A stretch of DNA of 64,000 bases from assembly GCA_964575455.1 (NCBI GenBank), contig CAZNRX010000001.1, positions 112,527 to 176,526 of the forward strand. Reading direction: 5' to 3'. The position numbers and the translations under genes are program-made. The DNA is from an uncultured Anaerolineales bacterium. GTDB taxonomy: Bacteria > Chloroflexota > Anaerolineae > B4-G1. The first letter of the stretch is position 1; the number at the start of each line of letters is the position of its first letter. Below the pieces are notes generated by a model that saw only the letters and a list, made by a program, of their open reading frames with translations, was not told the origin of the DNA and did not search any database. Positions 49,407-58,161 of this stretch are shown one piece after another.

Positions 49407-50256
49407 TGTCCTGATCGGGTGCAAGCTCGTCGTAGACCTGCTTGAGCCCGTTTCGCGCCCGACGCCGGAAGCGCGAGCGCTGGTCGTCGGCGAGAGGGAA
49501 GACGGAGAGCAGCTCATCCACGAAGTCGACCACGTCATCGCGTGCTTTGCCGCGCCTGTGGAGCGAGCGCACCCGCCGGCGCGCCAGACGTACGTATTCG
49601 CTCAACGGCTCCGTCGTCAAATGACCGTCTATCGGACCTCGCCCTGGCACGAACGTGACGTCGGACAGGTAAGGGCGTCGCAGCTGGCTCAGCGTGTGCA
49701 GCCAGGCTCGGGTGTCCGGGCATTCGTCCATAAACGGTGGCTTGCCTACGACCAGCGTGTCGCCCAGGAATATGACGTCTGCGTCCTTCAGCTTGACACA
49801 GCCGCTTCCCGGGGCGGCGCCATCGATCCGCTCCAGCACCACGTCTGTGCCCCCCTTGTGCAGCGTCAGCGTTTCGCTGAACAACAGGCTGGGCAGCGGG
49901 GGATCGAGGCTCTTGAGAGCCTCCTCTTGCTCTGGGTGATCGCGCTTCAGCCGCCTGATTGCGTTGCGCCAAAACCCCCGGCTGTAGTTGACCGCTTGCT
50001 CGTAAGCCCCTTCTGAGGCGACGATGGGGGCCTCCAGCAGGGATGCGCAGAGCAACCGATGGGGGTGCGCATCCGTTAGGGCCGTGTAGACGATGGGCTG
50101 CTCGGTCAGCTCTGAGATCTGCTGACGCCACCTCAAGACGTCCTCAGGCAGCGTCGGCACGTCCACAGCGACGACGCCCGTCGGTCCGAGGATGCAGCCG
50201 ACGTTGACGTAGGCATACTCGGTTGAGACGTAGACGTTGGGTGCGATCTGTTTCAT
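49399..50256 (-). CDS. MBL-fold metallo-hydrolase.
   Basis: Beta-lactamase-like fold with His/Asp-containing segments ('TDAHPHRL', 'FLGDTLV'). Confidence 0.65.
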   Translation of the reverse strand: MKQIAPNVYVSTEYAYVNVGCILGPTGVVAVDVPTLPEDVLRWRQQISELTEQPIVYTALTDAHPHRLLCASLLEAPIVASEGAYEQAVNYSRGFWRNAIRRLKRDHPEQEEALKSLDPPLPSLLFSETLTLHKGGTDVVLERIDGAAPGSGCVKLKDADVIFLGDTLVVGKPPFMDECPDTRAWLHTLSQLRRPYLSDVTFVPGRGPIDGHLTTEPLSEYVRLARRRVRSLHRRGKARDDVVDFVDELLSVFPLADDQRSRFRRRARNGLKQVYDELAPDQDNG

Positions 50257-50266
50257 GGTGTTTTCC

Positions 50267-51529
50267 TTAATCCTTTGGCTTCAATGTCTCCTCTAGATCG
50301 CGAAGGACGCTCTCGACCTGGTCCACGCTGGTGCCGGGTGCGCTCCCTTGGGCGACTTGAGGCCTCCCCCCACCCTTACCATCCAGTTGAGCGCACGCCT
50401 CCTGAAGAAGCCGGTTCACGTCCAGGTCTAGGGTCTCTGCCCGTGCGAAGCAGAAGTGAACCCGCTCATTGACGCTGAACAACAAGGCGACGACGTCGCT
50501 ATGCTCCGCCAGCTTGCGGGCCAGGGTTTGCAGCTCACCGGCGCTCCGCTGTTGCCACACCGCTCCGACGATCCGATAGGTCCCGTAAATGGCTGCTTTC
50601 TCTACTAGCTGGGCGCTCTCCATATCCAGCAGCCGCTCTCGAAGCTCCCGCTCGGCGCGTTGCAGCTGCTTGTTCTCTTCCTGTAGACGATCAACAGCTT
50701 CATCCAGCTCCTGAGTCCCGACGGTCAGCGTTTTACCCAGCGTGGCCGTCATGCTCCGCCTGGCCTCGTAGTCCCGCAGCGCGCGCTCCCCGCACAGGAA
50801 CTCGACGCGGGTCTTGTCGCCGCGATGCTCCAGCCCGACGATCTTGATCATCCCCACCTCGCCCGTGCGGGCGACGTGCGTCCCCCCACAGGGGTTGACG
50901 TCGAAGGAGGGTTCGTCTGCCTTCGAAGATTCGGGGATCTTGATCAGGCGGATGGGCCCCTCTACGTCCGGCGGCAGGTCTGCAGGTGGCAGGTCCGGCG
51001 CAGCGTTGCTGTCCACGAAGCGAACGCTGATCGGGCGATCATCCCAGACCACGTCGTTGGCCGCTACCTCGACCGGCAGGACGTCCTTCCACTGGAGATC
51101 CGCGATGCCTATGTCGATTGTGCTCGACGTCGCTCCCAGGTGGAAGCCGACTGTTGCCGCATTGGGATGACCGGCGTCCCCGAGCACGTGCTCGAAGGCC
51201 GCTGAGAGGATGTGTTGGCCCGTGTGCTGCTGCATGTGATCGAAGCGGCGCTGCCAGTCTATCTTCCCCACGACCTCATCCGTTGCGATGGCGCCCGAGA
51301 GAACGTGCACGATGGGCCTTCGACCGGAATCGTCGGCCTCACCTTCGACCACGTCCAGCACGGTCGCCCTCCCCAGCGTGCCTCGATCTGCTGGCTGTCC
51401 GCCCGACGTGGGATAGAACGCCGTGCGATCCAGGATCACCGCGGGATGATCCTGCCAGGTCAGCTCCTCGACCATGCGAGCGGTGAAACGCGTCTGATAG
51501 GGTTCGGTGTAGTAGAGCCGTTCTGTCAT
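50267..51529 (-). CDS. Alanyl-tRNA editing protein AlaX-L (AlaRS editing-domain homologue).
   Basis: 'HTGQHILSAA' and 'CGGTHV' zinc-binding editing motifs plus an AlaRS-like C-terminal domain. Confidence 0.85.
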   Translation of the reverse strand: MTERLYYTEPYQTRFTARMVEELTWQDHPAVILDRTAFYPTSGGQPADRGTLGRATVLDVVEGEADDSGRRPIVHVLSGAIATDEVVGKIDWQRRFDHMQQHTGQHILSAAFEHVLGDAGHPNAATVGFHLGATSSTIDIGIADLQWKDVLPVEVAANDVVWDDRPISVRFVDSNAAPDLPPADLPPDVEGPIRLIKIPESSKADEPSFDVNPCGGTHVARTGEVGMIKIVGLEHRGDKTRVEFLCGERALRDYEARRSMTATLGKTLTVGTQELDEAVDRLQEENKQLQRAERELRERLLDMESAQLVEKAAIYGTYRIVGAVWQQRSAGELQTLARKLAEHSDVVALLFSVNERVHFCFARAETLDLDVNRLLQEACAQLDGKGGGRPQVAQGSAPGTSVDQVESVLRDLEETLKPKD

Positions 51530-53229
51530 TCTACCTCCAGGGGCAATCTGAACGTGAACCGGCTGCCCTCTCCGGGCGTGCTGTCCACCCAGATGTCGCC
51601 GCCGTGAGCCTCCACGGCCAGCTTGCAGAAAGGGAGCCCAAGGCCCGTGCCCTTCGTTCCTCGGGCGCTCTCCAGGCGCGTGAAGCGCTCGAAGATGTGG
51701 CTCTTTGCTTCTGGGGATATGCCCAGCCCGTTGTCGGAGACGGTGAACGATAGGCTTACCTCTCCCTGCTCAACCGTGAGGGCGATCTCGCCTTCCGCTG
51801 GGGTGAACTTCGCCGCGTTGTCCAACAGGTTCGTCAGGACGCGGGTGATCATGTCGCGGTCGACGCTCACCGGAGGGAGGCCAGTTGGGACGTCGACGGT
51901 GAGCGCCTGCTTCTTCTTCTCAATCACCGGTCGCACCAGGTCGACCGCCTCTCGGGCCAATAGCCTGGGCGGCACCAGGATTCTGTTCAGGTCCGCCTTC
52001 CCCTCCTCCAGCTGCCGCAGATCGAGAAGGGAGTCGATGAGACGCCGCAGTCTCTTGCTGCTGCGCATCGCTACTTGTAGTACGTCCATGATGGGGAAGG
52101 TGCTGTCCTCCTCCCGGAGCGCCTGCTGCATCATCTGTAGGCTGCCCACAATGTTGCTCAATGGATTCTGCAGGTCGTGGACGATCATATGCATCAGATC
52201 ATCCCTCATGCGCTCGAGTTCCGTCAGTTCTGTGATGTCGTGTCCGATCCACTGGATGGCCCTCTGTCTCCCGTAGTCGATAGTCGTCATATGCACACTC
52301 AAGGTGCGTGGGCCGCTGGGGGACGGTATTCTCATCTCAGCGCTCTTCTCCCCATTCTCGGGCAGGGTCTCGAACAGCGTCTCAGCTGTAGCTGCCGTAG
52401 GGCTCAGGGCTGTCGCGGAGCGTATGGCCGTCGCGGAGCCTGCTCCTTGCTTCCCACCGAGCAGATCGCCCCAGCGCGATCCGATGAGTTCGCCCGCTGG
52501 CCGTCCCATCAACTCGACTGCCTTCTGGTTGACGTCAAGGATCTCCGTGTTGAAGTCCATAACGATCACTGGCACGGGGCTGCCGTGGAACAGCCTCTCG
52601 TAGCGGCGTTCAGCTCGGCCCGCGCGCTCGTAGAGCTCCGCGTTGTGGATGGCCAGCGCGGCCTGATCCGCGATCTGGTTCAGTACCTCCAGCGCGTGCT
52701 CGTCGAGCGTGCCGGCGGTGGGGTTGAGGGCCTCAATCGCACCGATGGTCTCCTGCTCTACCTTGATAGGGGCTGCCAGCACGGTCTGGGTTTGGAAGCC
52801 CGTCTTCTCGTCGATGCCGAAGTAGAAACGCTTGTCGCTATAAGCGTCCGAGATGAGGATCGACTTACCCTCTCGCGTAACCCAGCCGGCGATGCCTTCA
52901 TCCAGCGGAAGGCGGAGGCCGGTGATGGCCTCGGGTGTCCCACCGACGGCGACTCGGAACGTGAGGGTAGGGGAGCCCTTGCCATCCATGCTCTCCTGGT
53001 CGAGGAGGGCGACAGACACCGCTTCCACCTGGAAGTAGTCGCGCACCTGAGTCATTAGGGAGTGGAGCACGCTGTCCAGGTCCAGTGTAGCCGTCAGCAG
53101 CTGGTTTGTCTCGCGGAGGAAGGATAGCTCACGCACCTTGGACTCGAGGCGCCGAATCCGTTCAAGGTTGTTGGAGGGGACAGACGCCATCCCGGGGATA
53201 GACGCCATCCCTGACTCATTCTCTGTCAT
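51526..53229 (-). CDS. GAF/PAS sensor histidine kinase.
   Basis: A GAF domain, then PAS, HisKA ('MIVHDLQNPLSNI') and HATPase_c ('GTGLGLPFCKLAVEAHGG'). Confidence 0.85.
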   Translation of the reverse strand: MTENESGMASIPGMASVPSNNLERIRRLESKVRELSFLRETNQLLTATLDLDSVLHSLMTQVRDYFQVEAVSVALLDQESMDGKGSPTLTFRVAVGGTPEAITGLRLPLDEGIAGWVTREGKSILISDAYSDKRFYFGIDEKTGFQTQTVLAAPIKVEQETIGAIEALNPTAGTLDEHALEVLNQIADQAALAIHNAELYERAGRAERRYERLFHGSPVPVIVMDFNTEILDVNQKAVELMGRPAGELIGSRWGDLLGGKQGAGSATAIRSATALSPTAATAETLFETLPENGEKSAEMRIPSPSGPRTLSVHMTTIDYGRQRAIQWIGHDITELTELERMRDDLMHMIVHDLQNPLSNIVGSLQMMQQALREEDSTFPIMDVLQVAMRSSKRLRRLIDSLLDLRQLEEGKADLNRILVPPRLLAREAVDLVRPVIEKKKQALTVDVPTGLPPVSVDRDMITRVLTNLLDNAAKFTPAEGEIALTVEQGEVSLSFTVSDNGLGISPEAKSHIFERFTRLESARGTKGTGLGLPFCKLAVEAHGGDIWVDSTPGEGSRFTFRLPLEVE

Positions 53230-53867
53230 AGGCTCTCAAATACCACTTCCTCCCGCCCATGAAGCTTCTCGAGTACTTTCTCCGTGATCATGTCCAGGTG
53301 GTCGTGGTTCGTCACGAAGTCCAAGGCATCGGAGGGCACGGTCAGCACCGGACAGAGTGAGAAGCTGCTGATCCATCCCTCATACAGCCTGTTCAACTGG
53401 TCGAGGTAGGTTGTCGAGATCTTCTGTTCGTAGGAGCGGCCGCGTCTCTGGATCCGCTGCTTCAGCGTGGCCACCGAAGCCCGCAGGTAGATGATCAGGT
53501 CTGGAGGAGGGAGCACCGTGGTCACCACCTCGTAGAGCTCGCAGTAGCTCCGGTAGTCCCGTTCTTCCATCGACCCCTGCCGATAGAGATTGCACGCGAA
53601 GATCTCGGCGTCCTCGTAAACCGTTCGGTCTTGCACCACGGAGTTCGCGCGTTGGAGAAGCTGCCAATGATGGCGCAGACGGCGCGATAGGAAGTAGATC
53701 TGTGAGTGGAAGCTCCACCGCTCCATGTCCTCGTAGAAGTCAGATAGATAGGGGTTGTCATTGACGGCCTCGAAGAAAGGCTCCCAATCCAGCCGCTTGC
53801 TCAGCAGTTCCGTCAACGTGGATTTCCCGACGCCTATGTTGCCGGCGATGGCGACAAAACGTTTCAT
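53226..53867 (-). CDS. Deoxynucleoside kinase (dAK/dCK/dGK family).
   Basis: 'IAGNIGVGKSTL' P-loop and dNK-family ERS-like core. Very strong GGAGGGAGAGGGGAGG RBS; ATG at 53867 overlaps the upstream stop. Confidence 0.85.
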   Translation of the reverse strand: MKRFVAIAGNIGVGKSTLTELLSKRLDWEPFFEAVNDNPYLSDFYEDMERWSFHSQIYFLSRRLRHHWQLLQRANSVVQDRTVYEDAEIFACNLYRQGSMEERDYRSYCELYEVVTTVLPPPDLIIYLRASVATLKQRIQRRGRSYEQKISTTYLDQLNRLYEGWISSFSLCPVLTVPSDALDFVTNHDHLDMITEKVLEKLHGREEVVFESL

Positions 53868-56800
53868 ACCTCCCCTCTCCCTCCACCTTCCCGAAAGCTT
53901 CCGTCGGCTTTCGGCGAGGTTGCCTGCGGCAGAGAGACGATGAAGGTGCTTCCTGCCTGCGGTGAGCTTCTGACGGTCACGTGGCCCCCGTACACCTCCA
54001 CGATTTCCCATACCAGAGCCAGTCCAATGCCCATCCCCTCGAAGCGTCGTTTGATGCTGCCATCAACCTGGTAGAATCGCTCGAAGATGCGATCCAGGTG
54101 CTCTTGCTTGATCCCGATACCTTCGTCCTTGACCGCGACACACGAGGAGCCGTCATCTTCCCAGGCCTGGAGCGTGATGGTGCCACCGTCGGGGCTGAAC
54201 TTGATGGCGTTTTCGATCAAATGGGTGAAGGCCTGCGTCAGGTGCTCTCTGTTTGCCATCACCGGGGGGAGGGCATCGGGAAGCGCCTTGTACAAGCGGA
54301 CCCCCGCGCTGCACGCTCGTGCCTTGAGCTCCAGCGCCGCGTGTTCTACGGCCTCCAGCAGGCAGACCGGTCTCGACATTGGCTTCTCTCGGGATAGGCT
54401 GTCGAGCGTCGTCAGGTCCCGGGTGCGACGCTGAAGGGCGTCGATGCGCTTGCGAATGATCATCAGCGCTTCCTGCTGCTTCGCCGACAAGGACCCCAGG
54501 TCTCCGGCCATCAAGAGCTCGATGTAACCCTGTACCAGCGTGAACGGGGTTCGCAGCTCGTGGCTTACATTCTGCACCAGCTCGGTGCGCAGTCGGTCTA
54601 TTTCCTTCAGCTCGTCGTAAGCCTGGCTCAGCTTGTCCCGCTGCTCTTGCAGCCTCTGGTAGAGTCGGGCGTTCTCCAGCACGATACCAAGCTGGGCAGC
54701 GACAGCTTGGAACAGGCGCAGATCGTCTTCGTCGAATGCGTTCGTCTTGGGGCTCTCAGCGTTGAGGACCGCGATCACGCGTCCAGCGACCCTGACCGGC
54801 ACGTTCAGTTCCGAGAGCACCTCGGGCGCTCCCTCGAAATAGCCTGGCGTCTCGCGCACGTCGTCGATGATCTGGGCTTCTCCGGTCAGGTAGGCCCGCC
54901 CCGCCACACTCCGATCCAGCGGTATCCTCACCTTGGTCATCTCCGGCGCATAGCCGATCTGAGAGGGATGCAGCTTGAGGGCCGTGGCGTGGTGCCTGCC
55001 ATCTGCGGAGGATGCCTCTTGGTGGCCGAACACCTCCGATTCCAAATCCGGAAGGGCAAACGAGAGGTGCTCGATGCCGAGCATGTGATGTAGCGCGTCG
55101 ATGGTTCGTTCCAGCACCTTGTCGAAATCGAGCGTGATGGCTCCGGCTTGCATCACCTGCTGCAGCAAGCGCATCTCCCTCAGCCGCCGCTTAAGCTCTT
55201 CGAACAGCCGGGCCTTTTCCACCGCGATAGCAACTTGGTTGGAGATGCCGGAGAAGATGCGGCGGTGCTCCTCGTCGAAGGCGTGGGGCTCATACGATTG
55301 CGCGGAGATGACACCGATCAGCTCATCTCTGGCCAGGAGTGGCAGAACCATCAGAGATCGCGTCGGCGTGCCTCGGGCGATGCCTTCCACAGGCAAGGTC
55401 TCCTGGTCCCGCTCCCAGTCGTCGATCCATAGCGGCTCCTTGTTGCGCACCACCCATCCCGCAAATCCCCCGTCCTCTTCAAGATCCAGCGCGACGGGGT
55501 CCAGACGGCGTCCTCGGTCGACGATGAGCGAGATGTAGAGCTTTCCGTTTCCAGATGACCCGGCGATATCGCCCGTTGACGTATCTTGGTAGAGCCCGAT
55601 GTAGAACGTGGTGATGTCCATCAGTCTGCTCAACTGCTCATAGACCCGTTCCAACACCTCGTCCAGGCTGAGTGTCGAGTTGATGGCCAGGTCGATGTTG
55701 CGGAGCGCAGTGAGCACCTCGACGTGGTGCTGCTCCTCCTCATGCAGGCGAGCGTTCTGCAGGGCGATGGCTATCTGCTCTGCCAGCGTGGATGCTGTGG
55801 CGACATCCAGCTCGTCGAAGCGTCTCCTCTCTTGGCACTGCAGATCAAGCACCCCGATGACCTCGCTTTCAATCCTGAGAGGCAATGCCAGCTCTGACCC
55901 GGCCTGATACCTGTCCGGGAAGGGGGCGAAGTACCTCTCCTCCTGGCGAGCATCGTTGCTTGCCAGACACTGGCCGTGGCGCGCAACCCAACCGATGATG
56001 CCCTGGTCCAGCGGCTGGCGGTAGTCGTCCGGCACCGCGTCTGCTCCGATCCCCGCCTTGCCTCCGATGATCAAGTCCCCGGCCTTCGCATCCATCAGCA
56101 TGATAATCACGCTGTCGTAGCGAAAGTGTTCATGGATGGTCTCGGCCACGGCCGGAAGCAGGCGCTCAGGCTCGAGGATGGTGTTGGCCTGCCGGGCCAC
56201 CAGGCTGAGCAGGGCGCCGTACCTGGCCTGACGACGGGCCTGCTGGTAGAGCCTGGCGTTCTCGATTGCGAGCGTCGCCTGCGCAGCGACCCACGTAGCC
56301 ACGTCGATCTGTCTGGCCGTGAAACGGCGTCCCTCCTCGACGTGATCCAGCGCCATCAGGCCCACGACCCACTTCTTGCTGATCAGGGGAACGAGGAGCA
56401 CGCTCTTGATGCCGAAGGGCTCGATCAGGCGCTTGGGCAGCGACGAGGCCTCCGCATCGGCGATGAACAACGGGCTCTGCTCGCGAATCACCCGCTGCGC
56501 CTCTGGGATCTCAGTCAGCGGCACAGGATAGCTTGCTTCCCTGAACAAGCGCCACATCTCATGGTCCTTGTGGCCGTTGCTGAACGCGGACATAGCCGGT
56601 CTCGACATCTCTCCATCGTCGCCGATCAAGACGATGGTGCAGCGATGCGCCCCACAGACGTCGGCCGCGAGCTGGCTCACCCGTTTCAGCACCTGGGTCA
56701 TGTCCAGCGTCGCGGACACCTCGCGTCCGATCTCGACCAGTGTCCTCAGTTCCTTGTTGCTCTCCTCAAGATCAGCGGTGCGCGGCCAGTAGGTCGAGGG

Positions 56801-57145
56801 GCGATCTCGCTCGGGCACCGTCGCTGCACTTGGTTGTGCGGCATCTCCTTCCACGCCTTCCTGGTAGGCCCGCTTATCCGCTCTCAGGCGCTGTACCTCG
56901 TCCAACAGGCTCGAATCCAGCGGTTCTAGTTCATCTGCAGGCAGCAGGCTGGCGTCGACCACCACCACGTCCGGTGAGGCCGTGGCCTCGCAGGCGTGCT
57001 TGGTCAGCATCTCATCGACCTCGTTGAGGTCGGCCACAGCGTAGACTGTATGTCCGCTCTGCTCCAGCAGCGCCTGGAGCGCCTCGCGGACGCTCGGCTC
57101 GTCGGCTGCAATCAGGATCTTGATCACGTCAGCTTTTGGTGACAT
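53864..57145 (-). CDS. Hybrid multi-GAF sensor histidine kinase with an N-terminal receiver (REC) domain.
   Basis: N-terminal REC ('IKILIAADEPSVREAL...VVVVDASL'), at least four GAF domains, HisKA ('VSHELRTPFT') and HATPase_c ('GMGIGLALV'). Confidence 0.85.
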   Translation of the reverse strand: MSPKADVIKILIAADEPSVREALQALLEQSGHTVYAVADLNEVDEMLTKHACEATASPDVVVVDASLLPADELEPLDSSLLDEVQRLRADKRAYQEGVEGDAAQPSAATVPERDRPSTYWPRTADLEESNKELRTLVEIGREVSATLDMTQVLKRVSQLAADVCGAHRCTIVLIGDDGEMSRPAMSAFSNGHKDHEMWRLFREASYPVPLTEIPEAQRVIREQSPLFIADAEASSLPKRLIEPFGIKSVLLVPLISKKWVVGLMALDHVEEGRRFTARQIDVATWVAAQATLAIENARLYQQARRQARYGALLSLVARQANTILEPERLLPAVAETIHEHFRYDSVIIMLMDAKAGDLIIGGKAGIGADAVPDDYRQPLDQGIIGWVARHGQCLASNDARQEERYFAPFPDRYQAGSELALPLRIESEVIGVLDLQCQERRRFDELDVATASTLAEQIAIALQNARLHEEEQHHVEVLTALRNIDLAINSTLSLDEVLERVYEQLSRLMDITTFYIGLYQDTSTGDIAGSSGNGKLYISLIVDRGRRLDPVALDLEEDGGFAGWVVRNKEPLWIDDWERDQETLPVEGIARGTPTRSLMVLPLLARDELIGVISAQSYEPHAFDEEHRRIFSGISNQVAIAVEKARLFEELKRRLREMRLLQQVMQAGAITLDFDKVLERTIDALHHMLGIEHLSFALPDLESEVFGHQEASSADGRHHATALKLHPSQIGYAPEMTKVRIPLDRSVAGRAYLTGEAQIIDDVRETPGYFEGAPEVLSELNVPVRVAGRVIAVLNAESPKTNAFDEDDLRLFQAVAAQLGIVLENARLYQRLQEQRDKLSQAYDELKEIDRLRTELVQNVSHELRTPFTLVQGYIELLMAGDLGSLSAKQQEALMIIRKRIDALQRRTRDLTTLDSLSREKPMSRPVCLLEAVEHAALELKARACSAGVRLYKALPDALPPVMANREHLTQAFTHLIENAIKFSPDGGTITLQAWEDDGSSCVAVKDEGIGIKQEHLDRIFERFYQVDGSIKRRFEGMGIGLALVWEIVEVYGGHVTVRSSPQAGSTFIVSLPQATSPKADGSFREGGGRGEV

Positions 57146-57186
57146 CTTCCGTTAGATACGAAGAGCGCGAAACACGGAGGCACGAA

Positions 57187-58161
57187 TCATGAAGGCCTCG
57201 AATCGTAGGGGGGCGAGGGCTCTACCCCGATCGAATCCGCCAATTCCTTCAGCTGTGCCATGGCTTGTTGCAGCGTCGCTTTCATCTGGGAGGCCCGCAC
57301 CTCAGAACGCTCCGCTCCCTGCTGGGCGAGGAATGCCCCTACGCGGCCCAGGGCCTCATTCGCCGCCAGAAACTCGCCCAGGCCCGGGGGACCGACCTGT
57401 CCTGGCTGCAATTGATAGGCCGCTCGCTGCGGGACATCCCACATCTGCGCCTCGCCTGCCGAGTGCGGGCTCGACCACCCGCTTGCCACAGATTCTCCCA
57501 ACTGTGGCAGCGACTGCTGATAGGCGCCGATCCCCAATGACCTCCTGACCTTCTCCTCGACGAACGCAAGAGCGCTGTTATCCCGGACGTAGTTCAAGTC
57601 GTTGGTGTCGATGACCAGCAGAGCCTTCGTGCCCTTCGCGTCCCTTTTCGCGCCTTTCGTGTTCTTGCTGGCGAAGTGGGCCTCGTAAGCCTCTCTCACC
57701 ATAGCGATATAGTCGCGATCCATCTCCCGCTCGTATGGGCGGTCGCGCGCCGCGATGCGCGCCATCAGCGTGTCTGTGTCGGCCTTGAGATAGATCACCA
57801 GATCGGGAACGGCGATGCGATCCGCGAGCAGAGCATATAGCCTTCGGTACATCTCTAGCTCATCGCCCTCCAGGTTCAGACGGGCGAAGAGGGCGTCCTT
57901 GCCGAACGTGTAGTCGCCAATCAGGGGTTTGTTCGCCGTCAGCGACGGTATCTCCTGTTGCTGGCGGTAGCGGCTCAGGAGGAAGAACAACTGCGTCTGG
58001 AAGGCGTAGCGGGCGCGATCGCCGTAGAAGCTTGAGAGGAATGGGTTCTCCTCAAAGGCCTCCAAAAGTAGCTCTGCCTCGAAGCGCGGCTGCAGGAGGC
58101 GGGCCAGCGTCGTCTTGCCCACTCCGATCGGCCCTTCGATGGCCAGGAAAAAGGGTCTCAT
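57187..58161 (-). CDS. Deoxynucleoside kinase paralogue with a ~130-aa C-terminal extension and a repeat-derived internal insertion.
   Basis: 'IEGPIGVGKTTLA' P-loop. An 11-aa insertion 'KNTKGAKRDAKGT', encoded by CACGAA-family repeat DNA, is absent from the paralogue at 53226-53867. Confidence 0.8.
   Translation of the reverse strand: MRPFFLAIEGPIGVGKTTLARLLQPRFEAELLLEAFEENPFLSSFYGDRARYAFQTQLFFLLSRYRQQQEIPSLTANKPLIGDYTFGKDALFARLNLEGDELEMYRRLYALLADRIAVPDLVIYLKADTDTLMARIAARDRPYEREMDRDYIAMVREAYEAHFASKNTKGAKRDAKGTKALLVIDTNDLNYVRDNSALAFVEEKVRRSLGIGAYQQSLPQLGESVASGWSSPHSAGEAQMWDVPQRAAYQLQPGQVGPPGLGEFLAANEALGRVGAFLAQQGAERSEVRASQMKATLQQAMAQLKELADSIGVEPSPPYDSRPS
57623..57662 (-). repeat. CACGAA-family repeat copy embedded in-frame inside the deoxynucleoside kinase CDS.
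   Basis: Reverse complement 'aacacgaaaggcgcgaaaagggacgcgaagggcacgaagg' matches the ftsQ-ftsA unit 'gacacgaaaggcgcgaag'. Confidence 0.8.
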
